This document shows positions 1-7,620 of a stretch of DNA of 55,644 bases, in pieces (the first letter of the stretch is position 1; every line of letters begins with the position of its first letter). The notes below the pieces were generated by a model. That model was given only the letters and a program-made list of their open reading frames with translations, ran no database searches and was not told the origin of the DNA. The stretch lies in NCBI GenBank assembly GCA_964249205.1, contig CAXUBA010000002.1, forward strand, positions 20,824 to 76,467. The letters are read 5' to 3'. A program made the position numbers and the translations under genes. The DNA is from an uncultured Acetobacteraceae bacterium. GTDB lineage: Bacteria; Pseudomonadota; Alphaproteobacteria; Acetobacterales; Acetobacteraceae.

Positions 1-1319
1 TCGGGTTTGAAGGCCGGATCGACGAAGGCGCCGGTCGGATCGATCTTGTCCTCGTCGGAATAAAGCAGGGTCGCGCCAGTCGCGTCGGCCTCCGCGACCA
101 TGTGCTCGATCGCGACGTCGACCAGGAGGTCGTCGTGATCGAGGAAGGCGATCCAGGCGCCGCGCGCGGCCGCGATCGCGTCGTTCGTCGCGCGCGAGAT
201 GCCGCCGTTGGTCTGCCGGGCGAGCAGCCGGACGCGTGGATCGACGGCGGCGGCATCCCGCATCAAGGTCGCGACGGCGTCGTCACCACCGCCATCGTCG
301 ACGAGGACCAGTTCCCAGCGCTCGTAGGTCTGCGCCCGGACGGACGCGATCGCCGCGCGCAGATGACCGGGCTCCGGTCGATGCACCGGCATGACGATGC
401 TGACGAGCGGACCCGCCCCGCGATCGGCCACGCGCCTCCGCTCGACGCGCGTCCGGAGCACGGGAAGGTAACGTCGGGCCCAGCTGTCGTAGTCGGCGAG
501 CGTATGGCCGGGTTCCGGCAGCAGATGGCGGACGCGTCGGCGGAGACGGGTCAGATCGGCGTGCAGGCGATCGATCCCGTCGACGACGTCGAGCGCCGCC
601 GCCTCGCGCTGATCCGTGACGAAGCTCGTCGTGTAAGGACTGTTCTCGAGCTCGATCGATTCCGGAAGAAGAAGGAAGCGGAAGCGAAGCGGCCGTGCGA
701 CCCGGCACGAAGCCGGCGGCACGAAGCGGAAGCCGCAATTGGGATCGCACGCGAGCGCGCGACCGACATCGCCGCGGTAGCGGTCGGCACGGGCCTGGCC
801 GATCCGCTCCTCGCCGCACAGCACCAGCAGATCGCGCCCGCCCTCGAGCGGACCGCTGCCGCGCCCGGCGGCCACCCAGCCGGTGAACTCGCCGTGCGCG
901 ACACCGTCCACCCAGGAATGCATCCGGAGCGGGTGCTCGAACGTGACCGCGATGTGCTCGACGAAGGCTCCCTTGTGGAGGGTCGCGATCCGCCGGCCGT
1001 CGCCGCCGAACTCGATCCGATGCGGTCTGCCGTCGATCAGATCGTCCGGGATCGCCCAGGAAAAGCCGACCTCCGCCGACCGGAAGCCGGCCGAGGCGAC
1101 GTCGTCCCGCCGTTCGGTGCAGGCGAGCGTCGCCCGTATGGTTCCGTCGACGAGCACGCGGATCATGACCGGGCGACCGCCCGCATCGTCGTCGATCGCC
1201 CATCCCCAAAGTCCTGAGACCGTGCACGCGTCGATCGAGCACATGATCATCCGCGCAGTCTCCGGGATCGACGACGAAGACGGTTTTCCGACGATACGTC
1301 CCGAAGGACAACGTTTCAT
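1..1319 (-). CDS. Family 2 glycosyltransferase with a duplicated N-terminal domain of about 290 aa (3' end runs off the window)
   Basis: Absent from the ORF track because there is no stop inside the window. My translation of the minus frame from ATG 1319 (alternative ATG 1250, MIMCSIDAC) runs uninterrupted to nt 1. From about nt 405 downward it reads PLVSIVMPVHRPEPGHLRAAIASVRAQTYERWELVLVDDGGGDD...NGGISRATNDAIAAARGAWIAFLDHDDLL...LLYSDEDKIDP, which are typical GT-A/GT2 motifs. Confidence 0.8.
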   Translation of the reverse strand, partial: MKRCPSGRIVGKPSSSSIPETARMIMCSIDACTVSGLWGWAIDDDAGGRPVMIRVLVDGTIRATLACTERRDDVASAGFRSAEVGFSWAIPDDLIDGRPHRIEFGGDGRRIATLHKGAFVEHIAVTFEHPLRMHSWVDGVAHGEFTGWVAAGRGSGPLEGGRDLLVLCGEERIGQARADRYRGDVGRALACDPNCGFRFVPPASCRVARPLRFRFLLLPESIELENSPYTTSFVTDQREAAALDVVDGIDRLHADLTRLRRRVRHLLPEPGHTLADYDSWARRYLPVLRTRVERRRVADRGAGPLVSIVMPVHRPEPGHLRAAIASVRAQTYERWELVLVDDGGGDDAVATLMRDAAAVDPRVRLLARQTNGGISRATNDAIAAARGAWIAFLDHDDLLVDVAIEHMVAEADATGATLLYSDEDKIDPTGAFVDPAFKP

Positions 1320-1380
1320 TGCGCTTCCGGTTGGTTCCGATCGGGCCTAGGCTCCGGCCGCCACCGACGGGATCCGGAAC

Positions 1381-2241
1381 GTGCCGCGCATCGCCGCCGT
1401 CACGATGAGTTACAACGAGCCCGACTGGGCTCCGATCTGGGCGCGGCATTACGCGGCGGAGCTCGGCGCCGCGCACTGCACGATCATCGATCACGGCACG
1501 GACGACCGGTCGCTAGACGGGATCGCGGGCGTGAACGTGCTGCGCATCCCCCGCTCGCCTCAGGACGACGCGCGCCGGGCGCGCGCGGTGTCGCTGTTCT
1601 GCGCGTCCCTGCTGGAATGGTATGACGTCGTCATCCACACCGACATCGACGAGATCCTGGTCGCCGATCCCATCCGCCATGCCGGCCTCCGCGACCTGTT
1701 CGCGTCGGACGAGCGCCCGGCGATCAGCGCGATCGGGCTCGACATCGTCCAAGTGCCGTCGATCGAGCGTCCGCTCGCGCTCGCGCTTCCGGTGACCCGG
1801 CAGCGGCGATGGGTGCGGTTCGCGAGCGCGATGTGCAAGCCGGTCGCGATCCGCCGGGCGGTGGCCTGGGCACCCGGTTTTCACTGCATCGGCGAGAAGC
1901 CGGCGTTCGGCGACCTTTTCCTGTTCCATCTGCGCTACGCGGATCTGAGCCGCGGGCTGGTCCGGCTGGCCCGATCGCGCGCCCAGCCCTGGCGGGACGA
2001 GGAGGCCGGCGCGCATCAGCGGATGCCGGATGCCGCCTGGGCGGCGATGGTACACAGCATGGCGGGTCTGCCGCGCGTGCGTCCGGAACGTCTCGACCGG
2101 GACGCGCCGCCGCTGCGGCCTTGGCTCGACCGGGTCGAGCAGAGCACCGAGGCGCGCGAGGGCGAGCGCTACCGGATCGACCTTCACCTGTCCGGCGACG
2201 CGCTCTGGCGGCTCCCCGCGCGTTTCGTCGACCGCTTCTGA
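1381..2241 (+). CDS. Glycosyltransferase family 2-like protein
   Basis: 286-aa ORF with GTG start. It reads IAAVTMSYNEPDWAPIWARHY...VIHTDIDEILV, an acidic DxD-like motif in a GT-A-like N-terminus. It is divergent from the GT2 gene above. Confidence 0.6.
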   Translation: MPRIAAVTMSYNEPDWAPIWARHYAAELGAAHCTIIDHGTDDRSLDGIAGVNVLRIPRSPQDDARRARAVSLFCASLLEWYDVVIHTDIDEILVADPIRHAGLRDLFASDERPAISAIGLDIVQVPSIERPLALALPVTRQRRWVRFASAMCKPVAIRRAVAWAPGFHCIGEKPAFGDLFLFHLRYADLSRGLVRLARSRAQPWRDEEAGAHQRMPDAAWAAMVHSMAGLPRVRPERLDRDAPPLRPWLDRVEQSTEAREGERYRIDLHLSGDALWRLPARFVDRF

Positions 2242-2332
2242 ACGTCGGCGCCGGACTCGCGGTCCGATCGGGAGGGCTTGAACCGACCGCTCCACCTGTC
2301 GTTCCGTTCCAACGAACAGGAGAGCGTCATCC

Positions 2333-3544
2333 ATGGACCAGATGGTCACGCCCTTGGCTTCGAGGCTCGTCGACGACTTCCGGGTCGTCCGGCGACGGAC
2401 GGAAGCGCTTTCCGCCGCGCTCACCCCGGAAGACCAGACCATCCAGTCGATGGAGGATGCGAGCCCGGTCAAGTGGCACCGCGCCCACACGACATGGTTC
2501 TTCGAGCAGTTCATCCTGCGGGACCGGGTCAAGGGGTTCCGGTCGTTCGACGAGGACTTCAACTTCCTCTTCAATTCCTACTACGTGTCGCTCGGACCGC
2601 GTCATGCACGGACGATGCGGGGCATGATCACGCGACCCGGGGTCGCGGAGGTCGGCGCCTACCGGGACGCGGTCGATCAAGCGATGGAGGCCCTCATCGA
2701 GACCGCGGCGGACGATGCGCTCGCGACGCTCGTGCGGCTCGGCATTTCCCACGAGGAGCAGCACCAGGAACTGCTGCTCACCGACATCATGCACGGGCTG
2801 TCGCAGAACCCGCTGGCCTTCGAGCCCGGCCGTGCCCGACCGATCGCGGCGATCCCGGGCTGGGCCGAGCCCCCGGGACCGCGCGCGGAAGGATCGAAGC
2901 TGGTCCGCGAGGGCGTCATCGTGCCGATCGGCCATGACGGCGCGGGTTTCGCCTTCGACAACGAAGGTCCGCGCCACGGGGCGCTGCTGCAGCCGCACGC
3001 GCTCTCGACCTCGCTCGTGAGCAACGCAGATTGGCTCCGCTTCACGGAGGATGGCGGCTATCGTCGTCCCGGCCTCTGGATGAGCGACGGCTGGGCACGT
3101 TGCCAGGCGGAGGGTTGGACGGCGCCGCTCTACTGGCACGAGGGCGACGGCGTCCGAATGCAGTTCGGCCTCGGCGGACTCGCGCCGCTCGATCCCGCAT
3201 GTCCCGTCCGGCACATCAGCTGGTACGAGGCGGACGCCTACGCGCGATGGGCCGGCGCGCGGCTGCCGACCGAATTCGAGCTGGAAGCCGCGGCTTCGCT
3301 GCTGCCGGACTTTCACGGGCGCGTCTGGCAGTGGTCGAACTCCGCCTACCTCCCCTACCCGGCCTATCGACCTGCGGCGGGCGCCATTGGCGAATACAAC
3401 GGCAAGTTCATGATCAACCAGATGGTGCTCCGTGGTTCGTCGTTCGCGACGACGCCAGGCCATTCGCGGGCCAGCTACCGGAACTTCTTCCCGCCGGATA
3501 AGAGATGGCAGGTGACCGGGCTGCGGCTCGCGCACGATCTCTGA
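2333..3544 (+). CDS. egtB: Ergothioneine biosynthesis sulfoxide synthase EgtB (DinB-like plus FGE-sulfatase domains)
   Basis: Contains WHRAHTTWFFEQF and HEEQHQELLLTD (His iron ligands) and, at the C-terminus, SWYEADAYARWAGARLPTEFELE. SD AGGAGAG lies 8 nt upstream of the ATG. Confidence 0.9.
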   Translation: MDQMVTPLASRLVDDFRVVRRRTEALSAALTPEDQTIQSMEDASPVKWHRAHTTWFFEQFILRDRVKGFRSFDEDFNFLFNSYYVSLGPRHARTMRGMITRPGVAEVGAYRDAVDQAMEALIETAADDALATLVRLGISHEEQHQELLLTDIMHGLSQNPLAFEPGRARPIAAIPGWAEPPGPRAEGSKLVREGVIVPIGHDGAGFAFDNEGPRHGALLQPHALSTSLVSNADWLRFTEDGGYRRPGLWMSDGWARCQAEGWTAPLYWHEGDGVRMQFGLGGLAPLDPACPVRHISWYEADAYARWAGARLPTEFELEAAASLLPDFHGRVWQWSNSAYLPYPAYRPAAGAIGEYNGKFMINQMVLRGSSFATTPGHSRASYRNFFPPDKRWQVTGLRLAHDL

Positions 3545-3556
3545 GCGGAGTTCGAG

Positions 3557-4522
3557 ATGCCGGACGACTTCGGCGGTCGCGATGGCCTCGACCGGGACCG
3601 TGAACGAGCCGCCCTGGTGGGCGACATCGTCGATCGGCTGCTCGCGGCGCGCAAAACGCTGCCCGCGAAGCTCTTCTACGACGAGGAAGGATGCCGGCTC
3701 TTCGGCCGGATCACCATGCTTCCGGAATACTACCCGACCCGGACGGAGCTTCTCCTGCTCGATCGCCACGCGGCCGAAATATCAGCGAGGGCCAGACCCG
3801 GTTCCGCTCTCGTCGAATACGGCGCGAGTGACGAGACGAAGGCGTCGTTCCTGCTCGAAACGGAGCGCTTCGCGGTCTACGTGCCGATCGACATCGCCCC
3901 CGAAGCGCTCGGCGCGATCGAGATGCGCCTTTCGCAGTCTCGGCCGACTCTGGAGGTCCGTCCGGTCTGCGCCGACTTCACCCAGCCCTTTCGCCTGCCC
4001 GATCTCGGAACCGCCGAGCGCTTCGGCTTCTTCCCGGGATCGACGATCGGCAACATGGACACGTGCGAGGCCGGCGTGTTCCTTCGGACCGCACGCGAGA
4101 CCCTCGGCCCCGACGCGCGCTTCGTCATCGGCACGGATCTCCGGAAGGACGAACGCATGCTGGTCGCGGCATACGACGATGCCGCCGGCGTCACGGCCTC
4201 GTTCAACCGCAACATGCTCGTCCACGTGAACAGGATCGCAGGCGGCAATTTCGATCCCGAGCGGTTCGCACACCGTGCCGTCTGGAACGCGGCGGAAGGG
4301 CGGATCGAGATGCATCTGGAAAGCCGTGTCGCGCAGACCGTTCGCGTCGGTGGCCAGCCGGTTCCGTTTGCCGCCGGCGAGACCATCCACACCGAAAACA
4401 GCTACAAATACACACTCGAGGGCTTTGCTGGACTCGCGGCCAGGTCCGGCTGGCGGGTCGCCGACTGCTGGACCGACGAGCGCCGGCTCTTCGGCGTTCA
4501 TCTTCTCGAGGCTGCAGGATGA
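3557..4522 (+). CDS. egtD: L-histidine N-alpha-methyltransferase EgtD
   Basis: Reads LPAKLFYDEEGCRLFGRITMLPEYYPTRTE and later FFPGSTIGN, which are hallmark EgtD motifs. It starts 12 nt after egtB. Confidence 0.9.
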   Translation: MPDDFGGRDGLDRDRERAALVGDIVDRLLAARKTLPAKLFYDEEGCRLFGRITMLPEYYPTRTELLLLDRHAAEISARARPGSALVEYGASDETKASFLLETERFAVYVPIDIAPEALGAIEMRLSQSRPTLEVRPVCADFTQPFRLPDLGTAERFGFFPGSTIGNMDTCEAGVFLRTARETLGPDARFVIGTDLRKDERMLVAAYDDAAGVTASFNRNMLVHVNRIAGGNFDPERFAHRAVWNAAEGRIEMHLESRVAQTVRVGGQPVPFAAGETIHTENSYKYTLEGFAGLAARSGWRVADCWTDERRLFGVHLLEAAG

Positions 4523-4779
4523 TGAAACAAAAGGCGCAAGTTGTGGTCGGCCTCGTCGTCACCGCCGCCATATGGACGGCGGTGACCGCGGTCGCCGAAC
4601 CGGGACCAAGCCGCACGTTGCCGCGCCCGAGCACGAACCACCGCATGCGCGTCGTGCATCCGCGGGCGGACGTCGATCCGGGCATGCCGGTGGTCGACCC
4701 CGACGTGCACACCCGATCGCGGATCATCCGCCCGAACGGCCGGTCGGGCACCACAGGCACAACCGTGGCCCCAAAATAG
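4519..4779 (+). CDS. Small exported protein (86 aa), translationally coupled to egtD
   Basis: The ATG overlaps the egtD stop (ATGA). The N-terminus MMKQKAQVVVGLVVTAAIWTAVTAVA-EP looks like a signal peptide. Third-position GC is high across the frame. The mature part is Pro/His/Arg/Asp-rich (VVHPRADVDPGMPVVDPDVHT). Confidence 0.55.
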   Translation: MMKQKAQVVVGLVVTAAIWTAVTAVAEPGPSRTLPRPSTNHRMRVVHPRADVDPGMPVVDPDVHTRSRIIRPNGRSGTTGTTVAPK

Positions 4780-4810
4780 CGGTGAACGCGTCGGGCAAGA
4801 CCCGACCGCG

Positions 4811-5158
4811 CTATCCCTTCTTGCCGCTCGACTTCCGCTTCGCCTTCGTCATGGGCGTCTGCGACTTCTCGCCCTGATCGGCGAAGCGATCGGGGAACTC
4901 GCCGAGATTCTCCTGAATCGACGCTTCCTCGACGATCTCCTGGTGCAGCGGATCCGCACCTTGCGCCGCAGCCGGATTGGGCTCGAGGCCGGCCGGACCC
5001 GCGAGCCGCATGAAGACGAGCTCGCGAGCCCGCTCCCAATATTCGGCATCGTGGCCCTGAAGCTCGCCGTCGGCTTTCCACAGATGATAGGCCTCTTCGC
5101 GGATCAGGCGGTCGAGATCCGGGTCGGAGTCGTCCAGAGGATTGAAAGGCTTGGACAT
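4811..5158 (-). CDS. DUF2934-like small protein
   Basis: 115-aa ORF containing IREEAYHLWKADGELQGHDAEYWERARE, the motif typical of DUF2934 proteins. The C-terminus is a basic tail. Confidence 0.7.
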   Translation of the reverse strand: MSKPFNPLDDSDPDLDRLIREEAYHLWKADGELQGHDAEYWERARELVFMRLAGPAGLEPNPAAAQGADPLHQEIVEEASIQENLGEFPDRFADQGEKSQTPMTKAKRKSSGKKG

Positions 5159-5264
5159 GATGGGTTCTCCTGTTCTGGGATAACGACGCGGACGCCTCGG
5201 GGTTTGAGCCCGCTCCTTGCCGCCCCATCTGGTTGACCATCATCGGCCAAAAGGGAGATTGGAC

Positions 5265-5819
5265 ATGGCGGGAGACCGGAGCGCGATCGCGGTGCTGGGG
5301 GGCGGATGCTTCTGGTGCCTGGAGGCCGTCTATGAGGAGCTGAACGGCGTTCGCGCAGTGAAGTCCGGTTACGCGGGCGGCCATGTGGCGGGCCCGAACT
5401 ACGGGCAGGTCTGCACCGGCACGACCGGTCATGCCGAGGTCGTACGCGTCGCGTACGATCCGGACACGTTGTCCTACGAGGATCTGCTTCGCGTCTTCTT
5501 CACGATCCACGACCCGACGACGAAGGACCGCCAGGGCAACGACGTGGGCACGCAGTACCGCTCGGTGATCTTCGTGTCCGACGACGAGGAGCGTCGTCGC
5601 GCCGAAGCAATACGGGACGAAATCGCATCTGCCGGGCTGTGGCAGGGCGCGATCGTGACCGAGATCGTCGCGAACACGACGTTCTATCCCGCCGAGCCGG
5701 AGCACGATCATTACTTCGCGCGGAACCCGGGCGCCGGATACTGCCGCGTGGTCGTCGAGCCGAAGGTGGTCAAGTTCCGGCGCGCGTTCTCGGAACGGTT
5801 GAAGAAGACGGCGGCGTGA
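5265..5819 (+). CDS. msrA: Peptide methionine (S)-sulfoxide reductase MsrA
   Basis: Contains GGGCFWCLEAVY and GHAEVVRVAYDP...YRSVIF. I chose the internal ATG at 5265, which is preceded by AAGGGAGA, rather than the track TTG at 5217. Confidence 0.9.
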   Translation: MAGDRSAIAVLGGGCFWCLEAVYEELNGVRAVKSGYAGGHVAGPNYGQVCTGTTGHAEVVRVAYDPDTLSYEDLLRVFFTIHDPTTKDRQGNDVGTQYRSVIFVSDDEERRRAEAIRDEIASAGLWQGAIVTEIVANTTFYPAEPEHDHYFARNPGAGYCRVVVEPKVVKFRRAFSERLKKTAA

Positions 5820-6276
5820 TCGTGGCAGGCGCCGCATTCCCGGATGCGGCCCCGACCACCGATCCCTTCTCCGCGCGGAGTTGGTCCAGCGTCTCGAGGC
5901 AGGTTCGGACGATCGGGGCGCAGTAGGAACTCGGCGCCGCGGTGCCGTTCTTCTCTCCGGAGTACAGGATGCGATCGCTGACCTGATTGTCGAGGCGGAT
6001 TGTCATCCGGCAGTTGCCGCCATTGGAGAACGAGGGTCCCTGAACGATCGGCAGCGACCAGCTTGTGTTCGCGGACGAGTTGAACTCGTAGGTGAGAATG
6101 TCGGTGGTTCCGAAGGAGGAGTGCTGATCGGGCGAACCGAGACAGGTCTCGAGGTCCGCTTCGCCGATCCCGATCAATCGTGTCTGGGCGCTTCGTGCAA
6201 TTCGGGAGTCGTGGATCGCGCAGGCGGACAGCAGTATTGTAAGCGGCAGGATGCCGAAGGGCGTCGCAGGCTTCAA
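5770..6276 (-). CDS. Small lipoprotein coupled to the ABC transporter
   Basis: TTG start at 6276, preceded by GGAGGA. The start overlaps the ATPase stop (TTGA). Lipobox LTILLSAC. The 3' end overlaps the msrA 3' end by 50 nt (convergent). Confidence 0.6.
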   Translation of the reverse strand: MKPATPFGILPLTILLSACAIHDSRIARSAQTRLIGIGEADLETCLGSPDQHSSFGTTDILTYEFNSSANTSWSLPIVQGPSFSNGGNCRMTIRLDNQVSDRILYSGEKNGTAAPSSYCAPIVRTCLETLDQLRAEKGSVVGAASGNAAPATITPPSSSTVPRTRAGT

Positions 6277-7607
6277 TCGGTATCCTCCAACAGGAACTGG
6301 TCGGCTTCCTCGTCGTAATCGAACAGTTCCGCGTATCGGCCCCATCCGATGACGGCGGACAAGGTTTCGCGGGCGTATTCGGGCGACATGTGATCCTCGA
6401 GCTCGTCGCGGAATCGCTCCGCGCGTGCCCGATGATTCCAGCGCTCGTCAAGAACCTGCCGGATTGATCGGACGAGCGGGACCTGTTCGCGAAGCGCCAC
6501 CGCGAAATGCCGCTTGCGCTCCTCGGTGTCGGCGTGGACGAACCTCGAACCGCCTTCGGTCAGTCGGACATCGCCTTCCTCGAGTTCGGCGAAACGCAGG
6601 AGCTGCATCATCTCGCAGAGCGGCAGCAACTCGTCGAGCTCGAGCTGCAGCTCCGCCGACAATCGGGGCAGGTCCGCACGGCCGCCATAGGGGTCTGCCG
6701 CGATCGTTTCCATGAGACCGGCCATCAAGTTCGCCGGTACTGGGTGGAGCGCGCTCGCGACCGGAGGCATGACACCGGACGCCGGTCGCGAGCCGGGCGC
6801 CGGAACCGACGTCGCCCGGCGCGTCATCAGCGCGTAGATGTCGTCGACGAAGGCGCGGAACATCGGGTCGTGACGGTTCCTCGGATGCGAGAACGGCACC
6901 GCGAGCTCGCTCGCGACGCGACCGGGATTGGACGAGAAGACGAGGATGCGATCGCACATGAGCACGGCCTCCTCGATGTTGTGGGTCACGATCAGGATGG
7001 ACCGGACGGGCAGCTTCCCTTCCGTCCAGAGATCGATGAGGTCGGTGCGGAGGTTCTCGGCCGTCAAGACGTCGAGCGCACTGAACGGCTCGTCCATCAG
7101 AAGAAGATCGGGATGCACGACGAGCGCGCGCGCGAGCCCGACGCGCTGCCGCATGCCGCCGGAGAGTTCCTTCGGGTAGGCGTTCTCGTAACCGCCGAGG
7201 CCGATCAGGTCGATCGCCTGTTCGGCCAGGGCGTCGCGCTCGGCACGCCTGACACCCTTCGCCTCGAGCCCTAGTTCGACGTTCTCCTGCACGGTCAGCC
7301 ACGGAAAGAGCGCGAAGCTCTGGAACACCATGGCGACGCCGTCGGCCGGGCCTTCGAGCTTTTCGCCCCGCCATTCGACGACGCCCGCGGTCGGACGGAG
7401 CAGCCCCGAGACGATCCTGAGGAGCGTCGACTTGCCGGAGCCCGAACGTCCGAGCAGGCCGACGATCTCGCCGGAGTTCAATCTGAGGTCGACATCGTCG
7501 AGAACGACGAGGTCGGCGCTGCTTTCCTTCGTGTAGGCCTGCCGGCAGCCCGAAACCTGGACCAGCGGCTTGGCCTTCGCGTCTCCCGCGCGGATCGTGG
7601 GGTTCAT
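6273..7607 (-). CDS. ABC transporter ATP-binding protein (NitT/TauT type) with an extra C-terminal domain
   Basis: Walker A GRSGSGKST, signature LSGGMRQR, Walker B LLLMDEPFSALD. About 190 further residues follow, resembling the AAA-associated domain seen in this ATPase subfamily. Confidence 0.85.
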   Translation of the reverse strand: MNPTIRAGDAKAKPLVQVSGCRQAYTKESSADLVVLDDVDLRLNSGEIVGLLGRSGSGKSTLLRIVSGLLRPTAGVVEWRGEKLEGPADGVAMVFQSFALFPWLTVQENVELGLEAKGVRRAERDALAEQAIDLIGLGGYENAYPKELSGGMRQRVGLARALVVHPDLLLMDEPFSALDVLTAENLRTDLIDLWTEGKLPVRSILIVTHNIEEAVLMCDRILVFSSNPGRVASELAVPFSHPRNRHDPMFRAFVDDIYALMTRRATSVPAPGSRPASGVMPPVASALHPVPANLMAGLMETIAADPYGGRADLPRLSAELQLELDELLPLCEMMQLLRFAELEEGDVRLTEGGSRFVHADTEERKRHFAVALREQVPLVRSIRQVLDERWNHRARAERFRDELEDHMSPEYARETLSAVIGWGRYAELFDYDEEADQFLLEDTD

Positions 7608-7620
7608 CGTCCGACCGTCC

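Noticed and set aside
2327-3769. 480-aa minus-strand ORF antisense to egtB/egtD. Similar long ORFs occur at 4203-5837(-), 9728-11407(+), 13473-15089(-), 16357-18162(+), 35761-37074(-), 40384-42675(+), 42667-43698(-), 43807-45057(-), 46965-48251(-) and 48034-49479(-).
   Set aside because: These ORFs are Arg/Pro/Gly/Ala-rich with no motifs. They lie opposite genes with unmistakable conserved motifs. Such ORFs are typical stop-codon-poor antisense frames in high-GC DNA.
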